Virus record (IMG/VR): IMGVR_UViG_3300023199_000204
Location: 1-64,000 of that record
Strand: one strand, 5' to 3'
DNA: 64,000 nt
Made by a program: the position numbers and the translations under genes. A model generated the notes under the pieces. It ran no database searches. It worked only from the letters and a program-made list of their open reading frames with translations, and was not told the origin of the DNA. The first letter of the stretch is position 1; every line of letters starts with the position of its first letter. Shown here piece after piece: positions 18,458-28,172 of the stretch.

Positions 18458-19019
18458 ATGTCTAAAAAGATTAAAAACCTTATTATGTTGGCGGACTCTC
18501 TTGATAAAGAAGGGAAGTTTGCTGATGCTGATTATATTGATAATTTAATTCACTCCTTTGCGGCAAAAAGTCCGCCAAAAAAAATATAAACAAACTGGGG
18601 CAAAAAATAAAAGTGATTATGCTGACCCAAAAAATTATAAATATCCCATACATACGGAGAAGAATGTAAGGTCTGCTCTATCATATTTTAGTCAGTCCAA
18701 AAATTACAATAAATATTCTCCAAGTGAGAGAGGCTCTATTTGGTCAAAAATCAAACGAGCAGCTAAAAAGTATAATATTAAACTCGATCCAAAGAACGAT
18801 CCTCCTTGGGGCAAAAAGTCTAAAACAGCAAAATTAAACCAAGAGATGGTAGATTTATTAGCTGGCTCTGGGCTTTGTATTAATGGACAAGACACATTTA
18901 ATAAATATTTAGATTTCTTAAATACACTAGATGATAATGAATTATCTGTTTTTAAATTCAGACTACAGCCATTTTCTGGCTCTAGTAGTGGGGAATCATA
19001 TGATACAAGCCTCAACTAA
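18458..19019 (+). pseudogene. LA..LD..G module fused to a DUF6582-like domain, split by +1 at A8 (18577-18584)
   Basis: ATG 18458 with GGAGG RBS reads MSKKIKNLIMLADSLDKEGKFADADYIDNLI..SPPKK. Removing one A joins it to YKQTG..YADPKNYKYPIHTEKNVRSALSYF..IKRAAKKYNI. Confidence 0.65.
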
Positions 19020-19026
19020 TCAAAAT

Positions 19027-19047
19027 CTATCAATATTTGGGTATTTT
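19027..19047 (+). promoter_or_regulatory. Candidate late promoter CTATCAAT-N7-TATTTT
   Basis: Recurrent motif upstream of 19081. Confidence 0.6.
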
Positions 19048-19080
19048 TAATAGCAGTATATTAATATAGGAGCCTTTTAA

Positions 19081-19368
19081 ATGAGTAGATGGGATTATTT
19101 TAACGAAATTACAGTAACAGAAACGAGCTTTCCTAGTTCTGCTCAAGTTGATTTTAATTTTCACACGGTTGGATTTAATTTAATAAATCAAGGGTCTGAA
19201 ATTATTGAATATTCTTTTGATGGGACCAATGTTCATGGTCAATTAGATGCTTCTGGAGATACAGTAGAGGCTGATTTTATCAGCAGAATAGTAAATAAAA
19301 TATGGTTCCGCGTGTCTTCTGGGATTTCTCAAGTTAGAGTCGAAGGATGGGGGAGTTCAGGAGGATGA
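19081..19368 (+). CDS. Small virion protein, single ~90-aa beta anchor domain
   Basis: W.YF..ITV.ETSFP..GF.L.N.G..IEYSFDG.NVHG..NKIWF..VEGWG; four copies in this locus. Confidence 0.55.
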   Translation: MSRWDYFNEITVTETSFPSSAQVDFNFHTVGFNLINQGSEIIEYSFDGTNVHGQLDASGDTVEADFISRIVNKIWFRVSSGISQVRVEGWGSSGG

Positions 19369-19371
19369 TTA

Positions 19372-21648
19372 ATGTCTAAATGGGACCATTATAGTGTAAT
19401 CGAAGTAACAGACGCAAGTTTTCCTTCCATTCCGCAAGTTTCTTTTAAATTTAATTCAAAAGGATTTAAGCTTGTTAATATTGGCGAGACAGAAGTTGTT
19501 TATTCTTTCGATGGGACAAATGTTCATGGAAAATTAAATCCTAATGATAATTCAGTAATACGAGAATTTCCTGACAGAATCGTTAATAAAATTTGGTTTA
19601 TAAGTTCTTCTTCTGGATATGTTAGAATTTCTGGCTGGGGGGCTGGTGGGGTAATATCTCAAGGAATTGGGTCTTCTTCTGGTGAAGACAGTAGCTCAAG
19701 CGATAATATTATAGAAGTACCTTTATTTGATGTAAATTATTCTTTGGAAAACGGAGTTGACTATTTAAATCCAGTATTAACTATCAACGGCATAACCGAG
19801 ACGCCTGTATTTAGATACAAGGGTGGCGATGCTTCGGCCAGTGGTTTGCCCGCATGGGGCTATGGACCCGATTTGGATTTTGCTTCTGCTGGTGATGACC
19901 CTACCTATAACGACGGTTCCCCTTTGCTTGGCGCCAATGACGATAGCGTTAAGTTCAACAATGGTGATTTTTTCCGCTATGACGCTTCGACAACATTCGC
20001 GGATATAACCTCCGAAGATATTGTGATGGAAATGGTGGTCGTTAGGGGAGGCTTGGGCGGTATATTTTCAAAGCGTGATAGCTCCAATCATGGCTGGGTT
20101 ATTCAGGACGAAACAAACGATATTCGCCTTCTATTAAGTGACCCCGACGGTGATAACGTTTCCATCATTACGAACGCGCTAGCGGCTGGCCAGTGGATAC
20201 ACCTAATGTTTTTTGTGGACCGTAGCAACGTTATTGGTGGAGCGGTTTATATTAATGGTACGAACGAGACACTTACTATTATTGGCTCTATCACAGACAT
20301 AGGTACGCTCGTAACATCGGCGAATCTTGCCGTAGGCGCTTTGCGTTTCGACGGTGTGCTAAAATCTCTCGCCAATGTCGCCTACGTCGCCATGTGGAAA
20401 CGCGACGCTTGGCTCGATACTCACCTACAAGCGGCGGTAGCAAAAGAACGCTTTGCGAAACTAACGGGTGTATGGCCCCAAAGGGCCACGGGTACAAAAG
20501 TTCCAACGGTAATGACCAGAACTACCACGGCCTATTCTGAAAAGATTGAAGCCGATGGAACAAGAAGGCTTTACTACGTAGGAATGAATTGGCCGCGCGT
20601 GGTTTCAAGGCCCGATGCTAACGGAGATATAGTAACGGGATACTTGGCGGAGCCTGCAACGACTAACCTTATTGGCTACAGCGAATATTTTAATAATTGG
20701 TCAAAGGGTAACTGTACCATAAGCAGCGATGCTCTAGTAGGGCCTACGGGACAAAGTACAGCGGATGAACTACACGAATCAGGTTCGTTTACAAGTAGCA
20801 ATGCAGCGGTGGGCAGAACAGCAAGTTTAACGGATGGAACGACATACACATTTTCTTGCTGGGTTAAAGCAGCTGGTAGAAGTTGGGTGCGCCTTGCAGC
20901 AATATCGGCTCCAACGGCTACGGCATACTTTGACGTAACAAACGGGATTGTTGGCACAACAAGCGGCACCACCGCTGCAGGAATGGAGTCTTGGGGGGAC
21001 GGCTGGTATCGATGCTGGATTACATATGCCGCTACAGGTACGGCAGGAAGAGTACATAATATCGTTCCAGCCGAGGACGACAACGATCCTGTGTACGATA
21101 GTCTTGATGACCACTCGCTTTCACTTTACGGCGCCCAAGTGGTAGCAGGTGCTGTCCCTTCTAGCTACATCATTACAGTCTCGTCGGCAGTCGCCACGCG
21201 TACCGCCGATAACCTTTACTACAAGGGCGATGACGGGAACATTAATGCGGATGGGAAGGGTTCTGTATACGTCGAAGCTTTGCCCCCTGTGTCTACGGCT
21301 GGAACACATTTGGTAAATCTCAACGATGGAGGTAGCGCTAGCGACCGTATCTTTACGATTATCGATAGTTCTGGTTTCTTTGCCGCCGATAGTCGCGCAA
21401 GTGGGGGCAACGATGGCGTAGTAGACTCGACAATCAACGCGCTTGACGGTGTATCTCACTCGGTAATGGTGAAGTGGAAAGCGAATTCACTGCAATTGTT
21501 TGTTGATGGAACATCGGAGGGCACTGTCGACACGTCGGTGGATATCCCCGATGACCTTGATCGCATAGCAATTGGTGAGGCAGAAGCAGGTGCTGTACGG
21601 CTTGACGGCATAGTCCAACGCGTGAAAATCAACAAGGATGATTCATAA
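19372..21648 (+). CDS. Head/tail fibre: anchor domain, LamG/concanavalin-like domains and a spike-fibre carbohydrate-binding-like domain
   Basis: N-terminus matches the 19081 domain; WIHLMF..AVYING (LamG-like); EPATTNL, GDGWYRCWIT and YGAQV...PSSYI...TRTAD motifs; GC-rich body. Confidence 0.65.
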   Translation: MSKWDHYSVIEVTDASFPSIPQVSFKFNSKGFKLVNIGETEVVYSFDGTNVHGKLNPNDNSVIREFPDRIVNKIWFISSSSGYVRISGWGAGGVISQGIGSSSGEDSSSSDNIIEVPLFDVNYSLENGVDYLNPVLTINGITETPVFRYKGGDASASGLPAWGYGPDLDFASAGDDPTYNDGSPLLGANDDSVKFNNGDFFRYDASTTFADITSEDIVMEMVVVRGGLGGIFSKRDSSNHGWVIQDETNDIRLLLSDPDGDNVSIITNALAAGQWIHLMFFVDRSNVIGGAVYINGTNETLTIIGSITDIGTLVTSANLAVGALRFDGVLKSLANVAYVAMWKRDAWLDTHLQAAVAKERFAKLTGVWPQRATGTKVPTVMTRTTTAYSEKIEADGTRRLYYVGMNWPRVVSRPDANGDIVTGYLAEPATTNLIGYSEYFNNWSKGNCTISSDALVGPTGQSTADELHESGSFTSSNAAVGRTASLTDGTTYTFSCWVKAAGRSWVRLAAISAPTATAYFDVTNGIVGTTSGTTAAGMESWGDGWYRCWITYAATGTAGRVHNIVPAEDDNDPVYDSLDDHSLSLYGAQVVAGAVPSSYIITVSSAVATRTADNLYYKGDDGNINADGKGSVYVEALPPVSTAGTHLVNLNDGGSASDRIFTIIDSSGFFAADSRASGGNDGVVDSTINALDGVSHSVMVKWKANSLQLFVDGTSEGTVDTSVDIPDDLDRIAIGEAEAGAVRLDGIVQRVKINKDDS

Positions 21649-22217
21649 TGAGTACAAAATGGAACTACTTTGAAAAAATAACAGTTTCAGAAACTTCTTT
21701 TCCAACAAATCCTCAAACTACTTTTGAGTTTCACGGACAAGGAGTTGTATTTTATAATGAAGGTGGCGTTGATGTAGAGTATTCACTTGATGGAGTTAAT
21801 ATTCACGGCATTGTGCCCGCTACAACTAAACTACAATTTAACTACAGAAATGTAAATAAGATATGGTTTCAAACCGCTTCTGGCTCTCCTGTCATAAGAG
21901 TTGAAGGATGGGCGGATACGGAAGCAACTCAAAAGGGTGATTTTTTCAATGATGTAGAAATCAATTCAAATATCTTCCCAGAGTCCCCTCAAGTTGTTTT
22001 TGGATTTATAACCCGAGGGTTTAAGCTAAAAAACACAGGGGCTTCAATTATTGAATATTCTTTTGATGGAAGTAATCTAGGCGGAACATTGAATCCTGCT
22101 GATAATACCATTGAAAGATTTTTTGAAGATAGAATGGCAACAAAAATTTGGTTTAGAAGCCCTGTTAGTTCAGGAACCGTAGAGACAGAGGGCTGGGGCA
22201 ATTCAAGAATTCAATAA
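21648..22217 (+). CDS. Virion protein with two tandem anchor domains
   Basis: Two copies of the 19081 domain (EYSLDG..KIWF..EGW; EYSFDG..KIWF..EGWG). Confidence 0.55.
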   Translation: MSTKWNYFEKITVSETSFPTNPQTTFEFHGQGVVFYNEGGVDVEYSLDGVNIHGIVPATTKLQFNYRNVNKIWFQTASGSPVIRVEGWADTEATQKGDFFNDVEINSNIFPESPQVVFGFITRGFKLKNTGASIIEYSFDGSNLGGTLNPADNTIERFFEDRMATKIWFRSPVSSGTVETEGWGNSRIQ

Positions 22218-22252
22218 TAAAAATTGCTAAAATACTTATGGAGTAAATAAAA

Positions 22253-22576
22253 ATGTTTAAAAGGGTAGGGGATTTGAAAATAGACATAGATGAAAAAACT
22301 ATGGAAGAGGTTCAGGAAAAAACTCTTGAATTAATGGAATTAATAAAAGAACAATCAAAAACTGTAGATGGTGGTTCTATTGTTAAGGCTTCTGATGGTA
22401 CAACTTACAAAGTAGGTGGGCATTATTTTCCCGAAGAGGAAGTTGATCAGGATAAAGATTCTGATGAGTTAGGAAGCAACAATCGCCCTAAAATATTTGG
22501 TAGTATAAAAAGTAAAAATCAAAATACCAACGGTTATGTTATAACTACTTGGACAAGGAGTGTTGATGAAAGATGA
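22253..22576 (+). CDS. Hypothetical protein
   Basis: ORF with GGAG RBS, in operon. Confidence 0.6.
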   Translation: MFKRVGDLKIDIDEKTMEEVQEKTLELMELIKEQSKTVDGGSIVKASDGTTYKVGGHYFPEEEVDQDKDSDELGSNNRPKIFGSIKSKNQNTNGYVITTWTRSVDER

Positions 22577-22841
22577 GAAAGAAATTAGAAAGTTAATGTT
22601 AGAACGGGCAGCAAGAATGGGTTGTAAAGAAGATTTACAGCAAACGTTTGATAAATGGGATAGGGCTATTTTACTTGCCCCAGAAAGTGAAAAAGTCGAA
22701 ATGTCTCGTGCTGCCATACTAGAAGTACAGGCGTTATTGGATATTCATCCAGAAACAGGTGATGGTTTAACCATAAATGGAGAAGTTATTACTGAGGCCG
22801 CAAAAGAAGGGGAAAGATGGAAATCCTGGGGAAGTAAATAA
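22560..22841 (+). CDS. Hypothetical protein
   Basis: AAGGAG RBS; overlaps the upstream stop. Confidence 0.6.
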   Translation: MLMKDEKEIRKLMLERAARMGCKEDLQQTFDKWDRAILLAPESEKVEMSRAAILEVQALLDIHPETGDGLTINGEVITEAAKEGERWKSWGSK

Positions 22842-22851
22842 GGAGAGTTGT

Positions 22852-23088
22852 ATGAGTAAAATACTTAATAGCAATGATAATGATTTTCTTTGCTCTGTTG
22901 GCGAAGCCATACAGGTATATGAAGGTAAAGTTAAAATTGGTTTTATGAAGTTTTTAATAGACCCTAATTATGACTATTTAGTCAGTGATTGGAAAATAGT
23001 TAAGGGTAAAATTAAGCAAGAAGGTAATTTAGTTAAGGTTGAAGGGACAGGAAAGGTTGTTATTCTAAATTGTCAAATAACAAATTAA
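22852..23088 (+). CDS. Hypothetical protein
   Basis: Start moved to ATG 22852 behind AGGAG. Confidence 0.5.
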   Translation: MSKILNSNDNDFLCSVGEAIQVYEGKVKIGFMKFLIDPNYDYLVSDWKIVKGKIKQEGNLVKVEGTGKVVILNCQITN

Positions 23089-23089
23089 A

Positions 23090-24421
23090 GTGAAAAAGAA
23101 ATATTTGAGCGAATATGATAAAATAAATTGTTGGGATTATGATAAAAACAAAAATTTAGATCCTAGTAAATTAACTTACGGGAGCCATAAGTTAGCGTGG
23201 TGGAAATGTAATAAATGTGACCAATCTTATAAAAAATCTATTAAAGAACAATTAAAACACAAATTATGTCCGTTTTGTTCTAATAAAAAAGTATATGAAG
23301 GCAATTGCCTTTTAAATTTATATCCAGAAATATCAAAAGAGTGGGATTATAATAAAAATGATTTAAAACCAAATAATGTAGTTTCTGGAAGTAATAGAAA
23401 AGTATGGTGGAAGTGTAGTAAATGTAATCAAGAGTGGGAAGCACCTATTTTTAAAAGAACTCTTTATAATTATGGATGCCCATACTGTTCAAATAGAAAA
23501 GTCTCTAAAAAAAATTGCTTATCTAGCACTAACCCAGAATTATTAAAAGAGTGGTGGTATGAAAAAAATATTATTAAGCCACATAATATAACAGCAGGCA
23601 GTGGAAAAAAAGTTTGGTGGAAGTGCTTAAATTGTAAAGAAAAATATAAAATAATTATACATAGAAAAGTAAGCGGAAGAGGTTGCCCATATTGCATAAA
23701 TATAAAAATTTCTAAAAAAAATTGTTTATCAGCAACACATCCCGAAATAGCAAGTGAATGGAATTATGATAAAAACCGTTTAACACCAGATGATGTAGTT
23801 TCAGGAAGCAACAAAAAAGTATGGTGGAAATGTAATAAGTGTAATCAAGAATGGAGCACTAAAATTCAACATAGGACATTATCTAACAGCAACTGTCCTT
23901 TTTGTAGCAACCAGAAAGTATATAATGGAAACTGTTTAGAGACTTTATATCCTGATGTAGCAAAAGAATGGAATTATAATAAAAATGATTTAACACCAAA
24001 AGATGTAGTTTATGGTAGCAATAAGAAAGTATGGTGGATATGTAAAAATAGCCACGAATGGAAAACTGATGTCTATAGTAGAACTATTAGCAAAACATTA
24101 TGTAAAAAATGTAGTAATAATGTTTCAAAGACATCTCAAAAATGGTTAAATAAAATGGAAGAAATATATGGAAAAATTGAAAGAGAATTTCCTATAAAAA
24201 CAAAAAAAAGAGTTTATAATGTTGATGGGTTTTCAAAAAAGCATAATATAATATTTTCTTACCACGGAAATTATTGGCACGGAAACCCAGAAATATATGA
24301 TTTAAATGAGTATAATAATGTAGCTAAAAAGACTTTTAGAGAGTTATATTTAGATACTTTAATTAGAGCACAATATTTAAAAGCTGAAGGGTATTGTGTT
24401 ATTGAAAAATGGGGTAAATAA
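23090..24421 (+). CDS. Zinc-ribbon-repeat (DUF4379-like) protein with a Vsr-like nuclease C-terminus
   Basis: Five EW.Y.KN..GS.KKVWWKC..C..CPxC repeats; VDGF..YHGNYWHGNP. Confidence 0.8.
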   Translation: MKKKYLSEYDKINCWDYDKNKNLDPSKLTYGSHKLAWWKCNKCDQSYKKSIKEQLKHKLCPFCSNKKVYEGNCLLNLYPEISKEWDYNKNDLKPNNVVSGSNRKVWWKCSKCNQEWEAPIFKRTLYNYGCPYCSNRKVSKKNCLSSTNPELLKEWWYEKNIIKPHNITAGSGKKVWWKCLNCKEKYKIIIHRKVSGRGCPYCINIKISKKNCLSATHPEIASEWNYDKNRLTPDDVVSGSNKKVWWKCNKCNQEWSTKIQHRTLSNSNCPFCSNQKVYNGNCLETLYPDVAKEWNYNKNDLTPKDVVYGSNKKVWWICKNSHEWKTDVYSRTISKTLCKKCSNNVSKTSQKWLNKMEEIYGKIEREFPIKTKKRVYNVDGFSKKHNIIFSYHGNYWHGNPEIYDLNEYNNVAKKTFRELYLDTLIRAQYLKAEGYCVIEKWGK

Positions 24422-24451
24422 AGTTGCCTACTAAAAAGGAGAAAGAGAAAT

Positions 24452-24679
24452 ATGGAAAAGAAAAATGGTAAGGTCTGCTGGTTTAATGGTAATTATGGTT
24501 TTATAACGCCAGATGATGGAAGTCAAGATTTATTTTGTCATTGGTCTAACATTGTTGATGAACCAGGGAAGTTTAAAACTTTGACTGCTGGTCAAAAAGT
24601 TTCTTATGTTCTAGGAACAAATGATAAAGGCCCTCAGGCAGAAAATATTGAAGTTTTTGGTGAATCAGAACTGGAATAA
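24452..24679 (+). CDS. csp: Cold-shock domain protein (CspA family)
   Basis: GKVCWFN..YGFITPDDG..DLFCHWS (RNP1/RNP2), FKTL..GQKVSY..GPQAENI. Confidence 0.9.
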   Translation: MEKKNGKVCWFNGNYGFITPDDGSQDLFCHWSNIVDEPGKFKTLTAGQKVSYVLGTNDKGPQAENIEVFGESELE

Positions 24680-25111
24680 ATGAAAAAACATTCATTTTTA
24701 TTAAGAAATGTAACTAAAAGAGATATAAACCTAGGAGACTTAAGATTTAAAATCCCAGCGATGGGAGTTAAAAATCTTCTTTCTCCTAAATCTCACATAA
24801 CTGTTGAAGATCTGGCGAATTCAATTTCTTCAGGCTCTTTATCAAAATATTTGGGAAAAAGTTTAATTCATATTAAAAATTTATCTCGCGTTTCTCCAAA
24901 ATATAAAACAGAGTCAAAGGTCACCACAAAGGGTCTTAAAAGGTTAAAAACATCTGTAAAAGAAAAAGCTGAAGACTTATCAAAAGAGCTTGAAGAAATG
25001 ACTTTAATGGATGATGAAGAATATTTGAGAGAACTTTCTATGGTAGATGATATTAGTAAAGGTTCAGCTCCTTTGGTGAGGAAACAAAATGAAAAAAAGA
25101 CCAAAGATTAA
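24680..25111 (+). CDS. Hypothetical protein
   Basis: ORF coupled to the csp stop. Confidence 0.6.
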   Translation: MKKHSFLLRNVTKRDINLGDLRFKIPAMGVKNLLSPKSHITVEDLANSISSGSLSKYLGKSLIHIKNLSRVSPKYKTESKVTTKGLKRLKTSVKEKAEDLSKELEEMTLMDDEEYLRELSMVDDISKGSAPLVRKQNEKKTKD

Positions 25112-25400
25112 ATGTGAAATCTGCGGAAATGATAATAAAAGAATACTTCATAGGCATCATATAATACCGCGTCACGATCCACGTTCTACAAATTCTGATA
25201 ATAATTTAGCAATTTTGTGCCCAAATTGTCACTCTTCTGTTCATACAGGAGAGCTAATAATTATCGGAGTTTATAAAACGACCTCTGGCACAGAAGTTTT
25301 ATGGTTTAAAGAAGGGGATGAGCCACCTCTTCCAAAAAAAAATTGGAGAGTTAAAGAAAATCCATTGGTAATAACTTTAAAAAAAAAGGGAGTGAATTAG
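25089..25400 (+). CDS. Small HNH endonuclease
   Basis: CEICG..HRHHIIP..NLAILCPNCH..VH. Confidence 0.85.
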   Translation: MKKRPKIKCEICGNDNKRILHRHHIIPRHDPRSTNSDNNLAILCPNCHSSVHTGELIIIGVYKTTSGTEVLWFKEGDEPPLPKKNWRVKENPLVITLKKKGVN

Positions 25401-25401
25401 A

Positions 25402-25812
25402 ATGAATAATATATCTATAGCATTTTATTATAGTCCTCATCTTAGGGATTTTTGGGATCAATTAATTAGATCTTTCTCTATAAATAATGCTTATGAAATA
25501 GGCGCACCTCTTAATGTTGAAATGGGTGGATGGAGTAGAATAGATGATATTAAAGACTTGCCAACTGAAAATAGAATATTTTTTTCCCCTAAAACATCTA
25601 AGTATTTTCCTGGAACGATAGAATTGTCAAATTTTGTTCATTTAGAGTCTGGTTTATATATTTTTGGATCAGATGACCATCATAATAAGCCTATTGTTTG
25701 CGACAACGTTGTTTATATTGATATGCCAAAAGAAAACAAGCCAATGTGGTCTGCCCAGACAGCTGCGATAGTTCTTTATGATCAGTGGAGACGGAATGGC
25801 GATAGTAGATAA
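25402..25812 (+). CDS. SPOUT/SpoU-like methyltransferase fold protein (divergent)
   Basis: LYIFGSD...DNVVYIDMP...AQTAAIVLYD resembles the TrmH/SpoU C-terminal knot. Confidence 0.4.
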   Translation: MNNISIAFYYSPHLRDFWDQLIRSFSINNAYEIGAPLNVEMGGWSRIDDIKDLPTENRIFFSPKTSKYFPGTIELSNFVHLESGLYIFGSDDHHNKPIVCDNVVYIDMPKENKPMWSAQTAAIVLYDQWRRNGDSR

Positions 25813-27391
25813 TAGAACCCTTATAACTGCAAATGATACTGCTACAAATATTGATAATTTAACAGGCGGTGCCGCTGGAAGCCAAAATACAGAAACTTTC
25901 ATTGAAGGCTCAGCCTCTGTATCTGATAAAATATCTAACACTGTAGATGGACTTTTATACGATTTCGGGTCCGCTCAGGATTTTAGTAGTCAGCATTTTT
26001 ATATTTGGTGGAACGTAGCTACTGCCGGTAAATTAGATACTCTTGCAAATGGCGGAGTTAGAATTAGGTTCTGTGGAGCAACTGTTACTGATTGGTTTGA
26101 AAAATATATAGAAGGGAGCGATACTTACTCGGGCGGATTTAGAATGACAGTTATTGATATTGAAACTGCTCGTTCTGATGCCGTAGGAGGAACATTGGGA
26201 GGAATAAATGGAACTACCCCTGCAACTACAGCCATTAGATATGTAGGAGTTGTTTTTGATGTGGCTGCAATGATTAGTGGTAATGTTGATAATTGTTTTA
26301 TTGATGCAATGTGGAGACTTCCAGCAAGTACTCCAGGAATGTTAGTTGAGGGGCAAAATACAGGCTCTGTTGACTGGACCTGGTCTGACATTGTTGATGC
26401 GGCAGATGAAGGAGATCCTAATAAAGCCTGGGGGACAGCATTTAATCGTGACGGCGTTATTTTTATTAACACTCCAATTCGTTTTGGGGATACAGATGGC
26501 GTAACTCATGGTTTTTCTGATACAGATGCCATCGTAGGGTGGGAAAATCAGCTAGTTGATGCAAATTTTTATGGGTTAGAGGTTATTGGTGGAACAGGCA
26601 CTCAAAGTTTCCAATTAGGCACAAAAACAGGAACTGGTGACGACGCCGTAGGAACGCAGGGCGGGGTTATTTTATCATCTTCTTCTGGACCAAGATGGTA
26701 TTTTGATGCAGATGATTCTAATATTGATTCATGTAATATATATGGAACTTCATTTTTTCATGGAGATGATTTTCAACTAGATAATTCTAACAATGAAATA
26801 ATTAGTTGTGTTTTTTCAGATTGTTCCTCAGCAAGAGTTGATAATTCATTAATATTAAAATGTCGTATATTAGATTCAAATACTGCTGACGGAGTTGCTT
26901 TTATGACGACTGACGATCTCACAGATATTCGCAGATGTGAATTTATTTTCAGTGATGGGCATGCTATTGAATTAACAACTCCTAGGGTAGCTACTCAAAC
27001 ATCAAAAGGAAACTCTTTTACTGGCTTTGGTTCAACAGGAACCAATGATGCTGCTATATATAATAATACTGCTGGAGCAGTAACTATTCAGGTTACTGAT
27101 GGAGGGGATACTCCAACTTATAGAAACGGAACAAGTGCTTCTACAACAGTTGAAAATGCAGTTGATATTACAATAACAGTTGTTAAGGAGCCTTTAACTG
27201 TAGATAGACCCATTCTGTCAGATGCTGATAGAATATTACCAACACTTTCTATATCAGAACAAGGAGATATTCCTGTAATTTCAGCCACTTCTAGTGAGCA
27301 AAAGCCAACCATTAGCTCAACAAATCCAACCGGGAAACCAAAAATTTCCAAAACGTCCAACCTTAAACCAAAAATATCAAAAATTGAATAA
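25796..27391 (+). CDS. Beta-rich/beta-helix virion fibre-like protein with C-terminal P-x-I-S repeats
   Basis: Start moved to ATG 25796 (GGAG). G/T/D/N-rich with beta-helix-like periodicity; terminal PILS/PTLS/PVIS/PTIS/PKIS/PKIS. Confidence 0.5.
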   Translation: MAIVDNRTLITANDTATNIDNLTGGAAGSQNTETFIEGSASVSDKISNTVDGLLYDFGSAQDFSSQHFYIWWNVATAGKLDTLANGGVRIRFCGATVTDWFEKYIEGSDTYSGGFRMTVIDIETARSDAVGGTLGGINGTTPATTAIRYVGVVFDVAAMISGNVDNCFIDAMWRLPASTPGMLVEGQNTGSVDWTWSDIVDAADEGDPNKAWGTAFNRDGVIFINTPIRFGDTDGVTHGFSDTDAIVGWENQLVDANFYGLEVIGGTGTQSFQLGTKTGTGDDAVGTQGGVILSSSSGPRWYFDADDSNIDSCNIYGTSFFHGDDFQLDNSNNEIISCVFSDCSSARVDNSLILKCRILDSNTADGVAFMTTDDLTDIRRCEFIFSDGHAIELTTPRVATQTSKGNSFTGFGSTGTNDAAIYNNTAGAVTIQVTDGGDTPTYRNGTSASTTVENAVDITITVVKEPLTVDRPILSDADRILPTLSISEQGDIPVISATSSEQKPTISSTNPTGKPKISKTSNLKPKISKIE

Positions 27392-27423
27392 AATTCAATA
27401 ATTATATTATTTTATATCAATAA

Positions 27424-27444
27424 CTACTAAATTTTCACTATTAA
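27424..27444 (+). promoter_or_regulatory. Candidate late promoter CTACTAAA-N7-TATTAA
   Basis: Recurrent motif in the intergenic gap. Confidence 0.55.
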
Positions 27445-27461
27445 TAAAGAGGCACTAGTTT

Positions 27462-28164
27462 ATGATTAAGGACTATAAAGACATAATTGACTTAGCTGAA
27501 AACTTAGACAGTGAAGTTAAATATTCTCCTAGATATGGAGGGAGATTGTCTTTAACAATGAAGGGAAAGCACATTCCCACTTCTATAACGGAGTTTGAAT
27601 TCAACTTTATAAGAAACATAGTAAAAACTTATAAACTAAAATGTGGGTATGAATGTGCTACCGCATTTGGCATTTCGATGTTAGCCCCTGCTCTTGAAAT
27701 GAAAGAATATAATGGAAAAATAATAATAATTGATTGTTATTTGGAAGAAAAAGACGGTGAATTTTTTCCACAATAAAGATGTAAATACTGATTCTTGGGG
27801 ATATAAGTCAGCAAAGTTTTTACGAGATGCTGTTGGTCTTGATAACACTTGTTTTTTTAAAATTGGTTGGAGCCCAGATGATGTTTTAGAAAAATTATTG
27901 GAAAATTTAGATTTTCCAAATGAAAAACTAGATTATGTTTTTATAGACGCAGAGCATAAAACGGAGTGCGCAATAAAAGATATTAACGCTATCAAGTCGT
28001 ATCTAGCGGAAAAGTTTATAATATTTTTACACGATGTCCATTGCCTTGGTGGCATTAACGAGTACTTAATGAAAGAATTCGGAATGAAATATACGAAAGC
28101 CGAGGGGTGTGAATACCCTAGTGGGAAAGGATATAATTTAGCATATATTATAAATTTATTCTAG
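27462..28164 (+). pseudogene. Class I SAM-dependent methyltransferase (Methyltransf_24-like) split by +1 at T6 (27762-27767)
   Basis: YECATAFGIS..IIIIDCY lies in the first ORF; LDYVFIDAEH..IFLHD lies in the second; removing one T fuses them. Confidence 0.7.
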
Positions 28165-28172
28165 GAGATTAA

